Source: Microthyrium microscopicum (Eukaryota). From it: a stretch of 64,000 nt of DNA. The notes beneath the pieces are model-generated. The model saw nothing but the letters and a program-made list of their open reading frames with translations, did no database searches and was not told where the DNA came from. A program made the translations under genes and the position numbers. The stretch lies in the NCBI GenBank assembly GCA_010405405.1, contig MU004233.1, positions 2,396,539 through 2,460,538 on the forward strand, given 5' to 3'. Shown in pieces: positions 12,884 to 23,571 of this stretch (its first letter is position 1; every line of letters begins with the position of its first letter).

Positions 12884-15626
12884 GGCGAATACTAGTAGGG
12901 AGACAAACTCGCTGATGGAGAAATAATTAATGTGAAATATCAGTCAGGCTCAAATGCGCGCAGGATTGAATGCAGATGTTCAAGTCGGCTCCAGTATGGC
13001 GGTTGAAAAAAGATCCAGATGGCTCCAACTTATGAATGGTGGTTGACCTTCTCGTCAATTTTGGGCACGGAAAGTGCTTTGGACCAGAAAAGAAGCTTCT
13101 CCTGATATCAATGGCTAGAAACGAGTAATGGCAGGCTTGGGGTGGGATGAGAAGTTAAGAAGTAGAGCCTGTTGAAGCAGGAGAAGGTGCAGCGTCAGGG
13201 TGCGAGAGTCTATGGGGAAGGCCGGGGACCGCCTTGATTGATTGCGCTTTGTTCTGGACGTGATAAGGCGGAGGGTCCAGAATAAATGAGTAGGACAGGC
13301 CTAGTTTAAGATCAAGATAGCAGCGACCAGGTGTTTTAGTGCCTGGTAACGGGATAAAATCCTTGGTCCAAGTGAGAATCAGGTTCGATGGTTTCGATGA
13401 TTTGCCGCAACGCGAGGCATGCAGCAAGCACGTTCTGCAGATTGAGAAGGGACTTTGGAAGTAAGTGTACGCCACGCAGTGTTTTATGCGGTTTTACTGT
13501 GGATAGTGATCTCGAAAGGGTTCCTGTCGTAATCCAGATGGTAATTGTCGACGTTAATCCAGGACAGAGAAGAGCGAACACGCGACGTGGAGGGGGAAAT
13601 CCAGCAAGACAGTTGGTGACGGTGAGTTGAGAAATCTAAAAACCAAGAATTAGACACCGAGCAGAAGGAAGGCTTGGACTAGGTTTATCGGGAAGGAAAG
13701 AAAGCAAAAAGTGAGCGAAGGCAAAAAAGAATGGAATTGGATGATTTCGTTTCGTACGCACTGACTGCGGGCAGGAGGAAAGGCTCGCAACAAGACCACC
13801 AGCCCTTGGAAAAGTCTCAGGTGGTGGGTTTCTGGTCAAACGGGCGAGCAAAACGACCCTACGAGGATAAGCCTATCTAACGGCTATTATGACCCTCATT
13901 GTTCTTAATAGGTACCCAGTAGAGCAATAGTCTGGAATAAAGGGCATGGCTATGCGCTTCACTTGGCAGCTACTGTACTTGGGATTGTGAGCACAAGCAG
14001 CATTAATCCTAGATGTTTTAATGGCTGGCCCAAATTAATCCCACGATTCCATCCAGTGTGTACTGTGTATCGTGACTTCCGTTCCATGGTACATTGTATC
14101 CTTCTAAAGTGCTTTCTAGTCCGTGAATTGCTTAAGTCAAGCCTCAAACTATCGAATGCCATGACAAACATAACTTCGCCCGCTTCGCATCCAGCAGCAG
14201 ATGCGCAACCCTCAACTGGTACAGGAAGACCTAGATCACGTACTCTTTAAATTTGATAGATACTTGCCTGCCACTATGTAACGCCACTATGCACTACTTG
14301 AGCTCAAAGTCTGGCCAGAGCGTCCTAAAATTGACAATTCGTTGTCCACTTGTTCCTCCAACCCCCGGTTTTAACCACATTTCTATAGTAATTGGCTGCA
14401 TTAGGCCAATCGTTACCGTACGCCATGAGCGCTTGTTACCTGTCATCGAACCAGCCACGGCCCACGAGCTCACATTAAAGATTGCCTTGCATATCGACTG
14501 CATCGTATCAAAAGGGGAGCCGTGACGATAGAATCCGGCTCTCTGCAAGGGATTATCTGGACCTCATGATCTCCGCAATTTCTACTGATCCAAGAATAGG
14601 CTCGAGGGCAGGCTCCGCACCTAAAGAAATTACACCATCAGATTAACTCCAGAGTTGCACAAGGCACATGGTGGAGGAGGCGTTGAAACGCGCGGGAGTT
14701 CAAACTTAATTGAGTGGCTATGTCTGCGGATTATCCAACGGCCAAGGACCCACACTTTGTGTTCACTCTGGAGTAAAGGCATGGCATTGGCATGAAGGCG
14801 GGACAATGCTGGGATAGACCGATAGAGGCAGGCACAGCAGGCTCAATAATGCACAATGCTGGGGGAGTTGCACAGTGCAAAAAGAAGAGAGGTCGTTTCA
14901 CGAGACCCACTCTTCTGATTGAAGTCATTGGTGTCGCGATATAATCTGGGAGACTGGGATCATGGAAGAAGCGTAAAATAGGGGCAATGCAGTCTCTAGG
15001 AATGGTCTAGCGTTCCCGCTGAAACCGCATCGTTGCGCATTAATCAACACCACACGCCCATGTTCGAGAAGTGCAACAAAAGGCTTCTATTGCAGAAATA
15101 TTGCATTCTTGTTTATTGCTTTGAGACTGCTTAAAGACTCACTGCTGACTACTCTCTTTCATCAATGCCGTTTCTTCCTTTCCATATGAAAATAGGCAAC
15201 GGCCTTAATTGCTTCTATTATAGCTGCCATTTCAAAACACTCCATCCTCTTGCCTCGTCAGCATCGCGCATACCTTATGCAAGATGGACAGGATCTAGGG
15301 TTTCGCCAGTCGATCGTTGTACTTGGTTGGTGCCTGCTTGCGAAAAGCTTGTCTTGGTTCCCATCGACTCGTCTTCCTGCATCCTACATTGTTTTACCAT
15401 TTCATCCAACGTCGTCACGCCAATGTCTTGAAAATATCTTATATCCATATTACACCTTGCAATCCCTCATCATTAGTCACACAACTCGCTTGCCGATTTT
15501 CCGAAACAAGAATTGAAAGATAGCTTGAAGCTTCGTAGACGACAAAGCTGAATATCTGATCACTGATGAACAAGAGCAACTCGTTGCGAGACATTTGCAT
15601 TACTAATCGCTATAGCTTGTAGCGTT

Positions 15627-16567
15627 TCATGCAACAACCTCAGTAGCTCCCGGCGCTGCTGCAATTCCTTGTCTGGCGAAAGGAGCCGCAAACCCATACG
15701 TAGCCCAACCTTGCTCATAGCTCTTATCCGCTTCTCTCTCTACGAAATAATTAGCATCCTTTGCAGAGCCCAGCGAGGTATTTCTTACCATGGTCAGGTG
15801 GAAACGCAATCCTTCTATGCGTATAATACTTTTCTCTCAAATCCGCCCCATCCGACGCCCCATGGAACGTAGCATACAGACTCGCCCTTGGCTTACTCGA
15901 GTTATTTGGTCCTGATCGATGTGCCAAATGGCTCCCAAAGATCAACACATCGCCAGAATCCAACGGCACCTGGATCCAGTCGTGAGCGTCCGTCCAGGCG
16001 TCGCTGATTCGTCCGCCTTCTGCGAGCTCAACGTCCATGCGATGTGAGCCGGGCACGACTTCGAGGCAGCCGTTTTCTGGCGTTGCAGCGTCGATGGCAA
16101 AGTTGGCGGTGACATGCTCGATTTTGGAAATGTGGTCGTAGGCTGGGGCGTCGAGATGGGGTTGGAAGCCGTTGCCTTTGGGAGCTTTGTAGTTGATTTT
16201 GTCTTTGAAGAGGAGCATTTTCTGTGAAAGAAGCATCAGCCATGAGATTGAGCAAGCTGTGAGTACAACATACATCGTCTGATACTTGCTCTAGTAAGCT
16301 CGCAATACCTTCGCCGAACAGGAGGTCGCCAAATTGCTCATGATAGTCTGAGAACTTCTCTGTTCGCATGAGTTGCATTTGGCCATCAGCGTTGACTTCG
16401 TCGTATGGCATCCACTTTCCCTTGACCTTTGGCCAATTGCGAACTTCATCAGTCCATGCTTGAAGTTTCTCTGGATCAACTAAATTATGCTCGTCTGCAC
16501 GAAGAACCAAAAACCCATTGGTGTTATAACTGTCGACTTGAGCTTTGGATAGACGAAGTGGTGCCAT
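15627..16567 (-). CDS. phnY: PhyH-family Fe(II)/2-oxoglutarate dioxygenase, PhnY-like (2-aminoethylphosphonate dioxygenase-like), 3 exons
   Basis: SYNTNGFLVLR N-terminus; LFKDKINYKAPKGNGFQPHLD (HxD); DAATPENGCLEVVPGSH; GDVLIFGSHLAHRSGPN.S.KPR (distal His, 2OG Arg). Introns at about 16273-16222 and about 15788-15739. Confidence 0.85.
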
Positions 16568-16711
16568 TGTGAAGAGCAAGAATATCTTTGTGAAATAATG
16601 GTAAACTGTTTAACGTTTGATTCAGTTGTTGATTCTTTTACTCCCGAATTATCAAAAGCTATTTATGTAATGAGATTCTTGACTTTCACAAGGGTGTTGA
16701 GTCCGACTGTA

Positions 16712-16774
16712 TCGACCTTCTTGCCGAGACTAGCAAGGTATGACCAAGGTGGGATATATCGGCCTTCTTGCCGA
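16712..16774 (+). promoter_or_regulatory. Two copies of ATCG(A/G)CCTTCTTGCCGA (CGN-N8-CCG), candidate Zn2Cys6 binding sites in the phnY / phnZ-phnA divergent promoter
   Basis: 16711-16727 ATCGACCTTCTTGCCGA and 16758-16774 ATCGGCCTTCTTGCCGA. The second copy is a perfect CGG-N8-CCG inverted triplet. Confidence 0.65.
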
Positions 16775-16945
16775 TGGTGTTTTTATGCCGCAAAATGCTT
16801 CAGATCGACATTTAGGATAACTTCATATCATGTGAAAGATAATCTCGCGGCGAAGTCCTTCATCATGAAGCCTATATATAATAAACTCGAAGCGAATTGA
16901 ACAGTGTTACGCATCTTCCTAGAACATCATAACTCGCATCCAAAA

Positions 16946-18898
16946 ATGGCAGTCAACACTACCCCCGTTCTTCCCTCCGTCCTGAACAACGCCCGTCAAA
17001 CAGTCGACACTCTCTTCGCTTTCATCAAAGCGCAAGGCGACGCCGACTACATCGGCGAAGCCGTATCCCAACTCGAACACTCTCTCCAAACCGCCCACCG
17101 CGCACAAAAAGCATCCGCAGACAACGAGACGGTTTTGGCCGCCCTTCTTCACGATGTTGGTCGCTTCATTCCCAAAGCATCCGAAATGCCTGCTATGATT
17201 GCCCTCGATGGCACATATGTTGGCACAGCGTCCCATGAGATTTTGGGGGAGAACTATCTGAGGCAGCTGGGCTTTAGCGATAAGGTGTGTCAGTTGGTGG
17301 GCGCGCATGTTATGGCAAAGAGGTATCTGACGGCTGTGAATCGTGGGTATTATGATACGTTGTCGCCGTCGAGTAAGACGACGTTGAGATATCAGGTGAG
17401 TGCACTCTAGGATGGTTATGATGCAGTGACTAACAGCGACAGGGTGGCGTGTTTACTGAGGAGCAGGTTAAAGCTGCTGAGAAAGATCCTCTCTTGCAAA
17501 TGAAATTGGCTGTTCGAAGATGGGATGATTTGGCAAAGGAAGCAGGCGCGAAAACTCCAAGTCTTGCCGATTATCGCGACCTTGCTGTAAAATGTCTAAT
17601 CGGTGAGTGCTTCAAGTCCATGGCTTCGCTTTTTGCTGATTTCATAAGACTCTCGGGCTCAAATCTCTCTGCATTCAAGGACGTATCGCATGCCAACTTG
17701 GCAAACAGTTGTCATATGCGTTGACGGCTTCGATCCATCATATCTGGAACGAGGAGTTGAGGATAGGATTCTACCCACCATTGGATCGTTCCTCAAAAAT
17801 GGATTCCATACCACTGCGAAATCAGCAATGCCGTCTTTCACCAATCCCAACAACGTCTCCATCATCACTGGAGTATCACCAGCTGTGCACGGCATAGCTG
17901 GCAACTACTTCCTCGACCGCGAAACTGGCAAGGAAATCATGATCCAAGACGACAGTTTACTACGTGGATCCACCATTCTGGAACAAATGTCCAAGAACGG
18001 GGTGCGGGTGGCAGCCATCACAGCTAAAGACAAACTCCGCAAGATCCTGAAACATGGTCTTCGACTAGGCGAGGACGCGTCGATCTGCTTCTCGGCTGAA
18101 AAAGCGGCTTCGTGCTCCGAGAAAGAGCATGGCGTTTCGAATGTCGAGGACCTCGTCGGTCGTAAACAGCCCGATCAATTTTCAGCCGATTTGTCACTGT
18201 TTGTGCTAGATGCTGGGATCAAAATTCTGGAACAGGAGCTTGCGGACGTCTTCTATTTGACTTTATCAGATTATGTTCAGCATAAGCATGCACCTGGCGA
18301 GAAAGAAGCGAATGATTTCTACAAAGCTTTAGACTCGCAAGTGGCTCGACTGATCCAGCTCGGCGCTAGAGTAGCCATTACGGGTGATCATGGAATGAAC
18401 GAAAAGTGCGGACCCGATGGAACCCCAGATGTGCTGTTCCTTCAAGACGAGCTCGAGAAGAAATTTGGTCAAGGCTGCTGCCGAGTAATTTGCCCCATTA
18501 CCGATCCTTTTGTTCGACACCACGCGGGACTGGGCTCATTCGTTCGCGTCTATGTGTCGAAAGAGAAGCCAGTGGACGTGGATGCCATGATACAATGCTG
18601 CCAAACATTCCCACAAGTCGAAGTCGCTACAGATGGTGCAGATGGATGCAAGAGATTCGAAATGCCTTTGGACCGCGAAGGAGACATTGTTGTAGTGGCG
18701 AGGCAGCATTCTGTTATTGGCTCGAGCCGAGAGGAACATGATATGGCAAATATCAACGATCATAAGCTCCGTTCGCACGGAGGTCTCTCTGAAGTTGAGG
18801 TACCCTTGATATTGTCAGAAAAGATAAGAGATGCCGAGTCTGTTGCTGGGAAGGATTGGCGTAACTTTGACGTCTTCGATTTGGCTTTGAACTATTAG
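16946..18898 (+). CDS. phnZ-phnA: Fusion protein: PhnZ-like HD-domain di-iron oxygenase + PhnA phosphonoacetate hydrolase (alkaline phosphatase superfamily), about 619 aa
   Basis: Exons 16946-17395, 17443-17602, 17649-18898. HD part: YIGEAVSQLEHSLQ, ALLHDVG, HEILG, HVMAKRYL, LSPSSKTTLRYQ|GG, RRWDDLAK. PhnA part: TYRMP..TVVICVDG, MPSFTNPNNVSIITG, AKDKLR, YLTLSDYVQHKHAPG, TGDHGM, CPITDPFVRHH, LRSHGG. The 46-nt intron 17603-17648 joins the two domains in frame. Confidence 0.9.
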
Positions 18899-18947
18899 CA
18901 GCCTTGAATACAATCAATACGATATCTTCGAGGCCTGGTGCTCTATC

Positions 18948-21024
18948 TCATATGTCGTTGGCAGTATCGAATCCAAGCGGAAAATTCCATGCTTCTGTGG
19001 ACATGTCCGCATGTGATGACAGAAGATCAAAGTTATCCACCCAATATAAGGCATCTCCTGATATTTGCGGATATGCCATGTCTGCATTGATTTGGGACTG
19101 CGAGCTCTCTGGCATGGAACTTTGAGGCTGCACAATGGGTCCTTCGTCGCATTTTTGGATGATCTTGTCAATTCCTTCAGCAATATATCGAAGCATATGC
19201 TGACGATGCATCGTAGCGGCGGACTCACGAAGAATTGATGCCATATTCCGCACCAAAACCATGATTTCGGCAGATCCTGTTCGTACGATCCCGGAAAATT
19301 TGGTTGCGACCTTGAGCAGAAAGACCATAGCGAACGCAATCATGGTGTCAAAATAAAGCGGTAGTCCATTGAGATATGACCTCAACTCCGTGTCGTTGAT
19401 GAATGTACGCAGTATTGCTTCTGCAGACATGATGGCCGCATTCGCAAACTCTTCTAGTTCCGGATGAAGCTTACTGGTCGGTAGTGTGATGCCTCTGAAT
19501 GCCAAAGAGCAGAGATAGAGCTTTGCAAAATGAAAGTGGAGCCCCACGCCCTTGCTTGGGTAGTCGCCTACATGGGCGTGATGGCTGAACTGATCATGCC
19601 AGTCTGCACGCCATGTGTCCAGAGCTATTACAAATCTGCGGAGTTTTGGTAGTAATTCCAGAGAAACTGCAGTTTCAACGTCAAGTCCAAATGTCTCGAA
19701 TACGCCACCGGAAATACACCAAATGTTGACTTGGCTCACCAGCCGAGAGTCTTCTTCGATAACGTAGGGTGAGTTGAGAAATTTGGAGGCTGCTTTGATT
19801 GAGTCGCATTCTCCAGACATTGGAGGGCGGCCATAACTGATACTGAAGTGACGATCACAGACAAAAACAAGATAGTACAGTCGTGTCTCTTGGTAGCCCC
19901 GAAGCTCGCCTTTAAGAGCTGAATTGATGCTGCGATGAAGAGAAAGCTGTGTGGCAAGACGGACGGCTGTAGTTCCTCAGTATTAGCTCGCTTCTCTTTG
20001 AATCGTGCGTTAAGCGCTCACCTGCAGCTGCCAAATTCCAGGAAACTTCGCTGAGCCAAAATGCGCCAATCAATAGCCCTCTGATATCATCCAGCCTGTT
20101 ATCCTTCAAGAACATTTGAGCAGAACATCTCGCAAGAAATGCTTGATAACAAGGCTCATATAGATGGGCGTGTTCTGTCGAATGCAGCGATCCAACCGTA
20201 CAAATTGCCGCAAATAGTAGAGAGGAGTTATATCTGATAGACCCAACATCTCGACTCTCTAGCAGGATCTTGTACAGGAAATGATCCAAGCGGTCTGAAT
20301 ATACTCCCAACAGCTGTTGAGCTTGCTCATGTGAGATTATGCCCTGCTCAATCAAGTCAGGCCCAACTCGAGTGACACCAGAAGGTCTGGCATGAGATGC
20401 GCGGTCATCACTCTGCTCAACACAGGCGGCTGGAATGATCGCCGGTCCTGATTCTGGGTCCATAACAACTTTCCATGGCTGATGAGGATGTTCTCGAGGT
20501 GACACCACCGATGGCTTTGCAGGTTTGGATGGTTTATCGTTCCCATCATATTCGCTGGCTGACGACGGGCTTCCATTCTGTTCTTGGCCATGAGAGATTT
20601 GAATCGAATCGTTTCGTCCCCCTCGTAGTTTCTCTATAATTGCCTCAAGAGTATTCACCTTTCGAGTGATTGACGTCTTCCAGCTGATTTCACTTATTAG
20701 CTAGTGCCCATCAAAAAGTAACAGTAGGTCGAACTTTGCATCGTCTTCCAATAGCATTTGCAAACTTCTGTTGATAGAGCATGATAGATTTCGTTTCTTA
20801 CATCTCGTACAAGGAGGTTCGCCATCTCGCATGTTACATTTTATCTTGATCTATTAGCATCTACGAATGTTCGAGGTAGATAAGATAAGTACCTTTTGTT
20901 TGCGACATGCTACGCATGCAGTAATCTTTCTCGTGATTTCCGGAAGCTTTCGGTCACCAAACGACTCTCTCAAACTCATGCCATTTGCAGGCATAGGCAC
21001 TGGGCTAGTTTCCATGGGTTCCAT
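18948..21024 (-). CDS. Zn(II)2Cys6 fungal transcription factor, multi-exon
   Basis: ACVACRKQK|IKCNMRDGEPPCTRCKKRNLSC zinc cluster split by an intron; middle homology region (SSLLFAAICTVG, LLIGAFWLS, DSRLVSQV). Confidence 0.92.
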
Positions 21025-21160
21025 CTGACCATCGGAGTCGATGCCGAATGGCGAGGAGCTCAACAGCGGGAAGGTCGGAAGGGTCACCGAGGTCGTGATT
21101 TTGAGAAGTTGAAGCAGTCGGAGGTGAAGCGATATTTAGCAAGGCGTAACATGGATGAGT

Positions 21161-21285
21161 TCGCTTTTCTTGCCGGAGGCGTTCTCAAAAGTGTGAAGCA
21201 TCCCGACTGATCTTCCACTGAGGTTGTTCATGGCAAAACGTGGTAGTTGATCTGCCCCCCACGCGTTGGGAAGGACCCGCACGTG
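21161..21285. promoter_or_regulatory. Regulator/transporter divergent promoter: third CGN-N8-CCG copy plus PHO-box-like E-boxes
   Basis: TCGCTTTTCTTGCCG 21161-21175; AACGTG (CACGTT on the minus strand) 21237-21242; CACGCG 21260-21265; CACGTG 21280-21285. Confidence 0.6.
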
Positions 21286-21531
21286 GAGTCGTGAGCTTCG
21301 TCCACTGGGTCAGTGAACATCTCCAACCTTCCATCTACTACATCTTGAACCTTTTGCTCTCAACGCCAGAGAACAACTGTATTCGAAATATTCGGACGCG
21401 ACACCTGCACTTCTCTCCGTTGAACAGATTCAAGATACTGCCATGGACGGAGATATATATCTGTCGTCCGCGACGACCCTGGGAATAGTCGGCTCTCTAG
21501 TCGAATGTGTAAATAAAACAATATACTCATT

Positions 21532-23408
21532 ATGTCTGAATCTCTCCTTTCCAAAGTCAAGTTCTTGGTGATCGCTGGTGTTGGGTTGTTCTCAGATGGC
21601 TTTTTGAACCTAGCTATAGTAAGTAAGAACATCTATTGTTAATACCATAGCATCTTGCACATCTCATGTACTTTATGTTGACCATGAAGCGCGATGCAAT
21701 TTCGTGCTGATCGACGGATCTGGTTTTGATTGCATCCTTTCATGATCTTGCGCTAACAAATATCAGGGACTTGGTATGTTGATATGGCTCAGTCATCGAA
21801 GCGGTAACCATACTGAACTTTTCAGTTGTCCAAATGCTTGGGTACATCTATTTCAAAGACGAAAAGAACGCTTTAGGCGTCATACAAGGCGATGAAGTCA
21901 AGGCTGGACTCAGTCTCGGTATGATAGGAGGTCAATTGGCTTTTGGCATTTTAGGAGATGCCCTTGGCCGACACAGTGTCTATGGCATTGAACTTATTAT
22001 CACCATGTTTGGCGTCTTGATGACCATACTGCTACCTTGGAAAGGTCTCTCGCACACTGGTATTGTAGCATGGATGACAATCTTTCGAGTAGTGACTGGC
22101 TTTGGAATTGGTGCAGGTAAGTTCTCCTCAATGTTATGCGGTCATAATTACTGATTTTGTTTATGGAACAGACTACCCCATGTCATCTTCTCTGTCTGCT
22201 GAGAAGACTGCTCTAGGATCTAGAGCTGTTCTGGTTCTTACAGTATTCTCTTGCATCGGAGCAGGTGCCATGGCTTCCAGCATTGTCTATCTCATTTTGC
22301 TTTCAGCCTTCAAGAGCTCAATTCTGCATGATATCAACCACCTTGAATGGGTCTGGCGACTCCTACTCGGTATTGGCATCATTCCAGCTGCCTTGACGCT
22401 CTACGCAAGATTGACCATGAAAGAGTCCAAGCCATATGAACAATGTGAGTTGCATTTTCTGGTAGACTGTAATATCGGCTGATCTCTTGTGCAGATGTTG
22501 CAAAGGAAACGAGCTTAACTAAGAAGGACCAGAGAGGCCTCAAAGAACAGTTTATTGACTTTCACAACTATTTCAAGGAGTGGAGACATGCCAAAGTCCT
22601 GTTCTCGGTCTCTGCAGTGTGGTTTCTATTGTAAGCATTTGTCGAAATGTCACTGATACTCCAGACTAACAGAGTCCACAGCGATATTGCCTACTACGGT
22701 ATCAATCTTAATCAAACCATCATTCTTGCTCAAATCGGGTACGGGAAGGGCAAAACGCCTTACGAAACTCTCCACAATACAGCCGTAGGAAACATCATAG
22801 TCCAAGCTGCTGTAAGTTCATCGTTTCCTCGCTTACATGAATTCTTGCTAAGTGACTAGGGATACCTCCCTGGATTTTGGATTGGAATATTCCTGCCAGA
22901 CCTCATCGGGCGTAAGAACCAGCAGTTCTGGTGCAGTCTAATTGTATGCGCCCTGTACGCAATCTGGGCTGGCATCACAAACCATACATCAACTGGTGGT
23001 CTAATGACAATATTCACAATCTCTCAACTGGTGATTAACGCGGGTCCTAATACAACCACATTTCTTCTTCCAGTCGAGCTATTTCCTACTCGTGTCAGAG
23101 CTACGGCACATGGTATTGCAGCTGCATCCGGCAAGTGCGGCGCTTTGCTGACAGCCTTTGCCTTTGGAACTATCACCGAGAAAATTGGCCTTCCAGGAGT
23201 CTTGGGTCTATTCTCTGGTATTATGTTCCTCTGCGCCTTGCTCACGCTTATGATTCCTGAGACCAAGGGCAAGACTCTGGACGATATTGAGAATGAAGTG
23301 CTGTATGGAGAGACCCCTCAGGTTCGGTATGCTGGATCCGAGACACCCTCAGATAAAAGTGTGACTGTGAAGCCCAAGTTGAATCAGATGGAGGATGTCG
23401 AAGTTTGA
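21532..23408 (+). CDS. MFS phosphate:H+ symporter family (Pho84/Git1-like) transporter, multi-exon
   Basis: IAGVGLFSDG, GQLAFGILGDALGR.SVYGIEL, GFGIGA|DYPMSS, WRLLLGIG, DIAYYGINLNQ, NAGPNTTTFLLPVELFPTRVRATAHGIAAASGKCGA, IPETKGKTL; 7-nt exon at 21767-21773. Confidence 0.93.
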
Positions 23409-23571
23409 AATCCATAACATTAATCTTATAATGTAAACCTTATCAACTGCTATGGGAGCTATCCAATGTCTTCCTTATACCAGAACGCTGTGTTCCAAAA
23501 GGGGATATCTAAACCTTACCCGCATGACACATCCTCCCACCAGCGATATATCCATCGAACCCCATAACAAC

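Noticed and set aside
16649..16842. GATA (AreA-type) sites in the enzyme promoter
   Set aside because: Only two HGATAR matches about 190 bp apart, which is expected by chance in AT-rich DNA.
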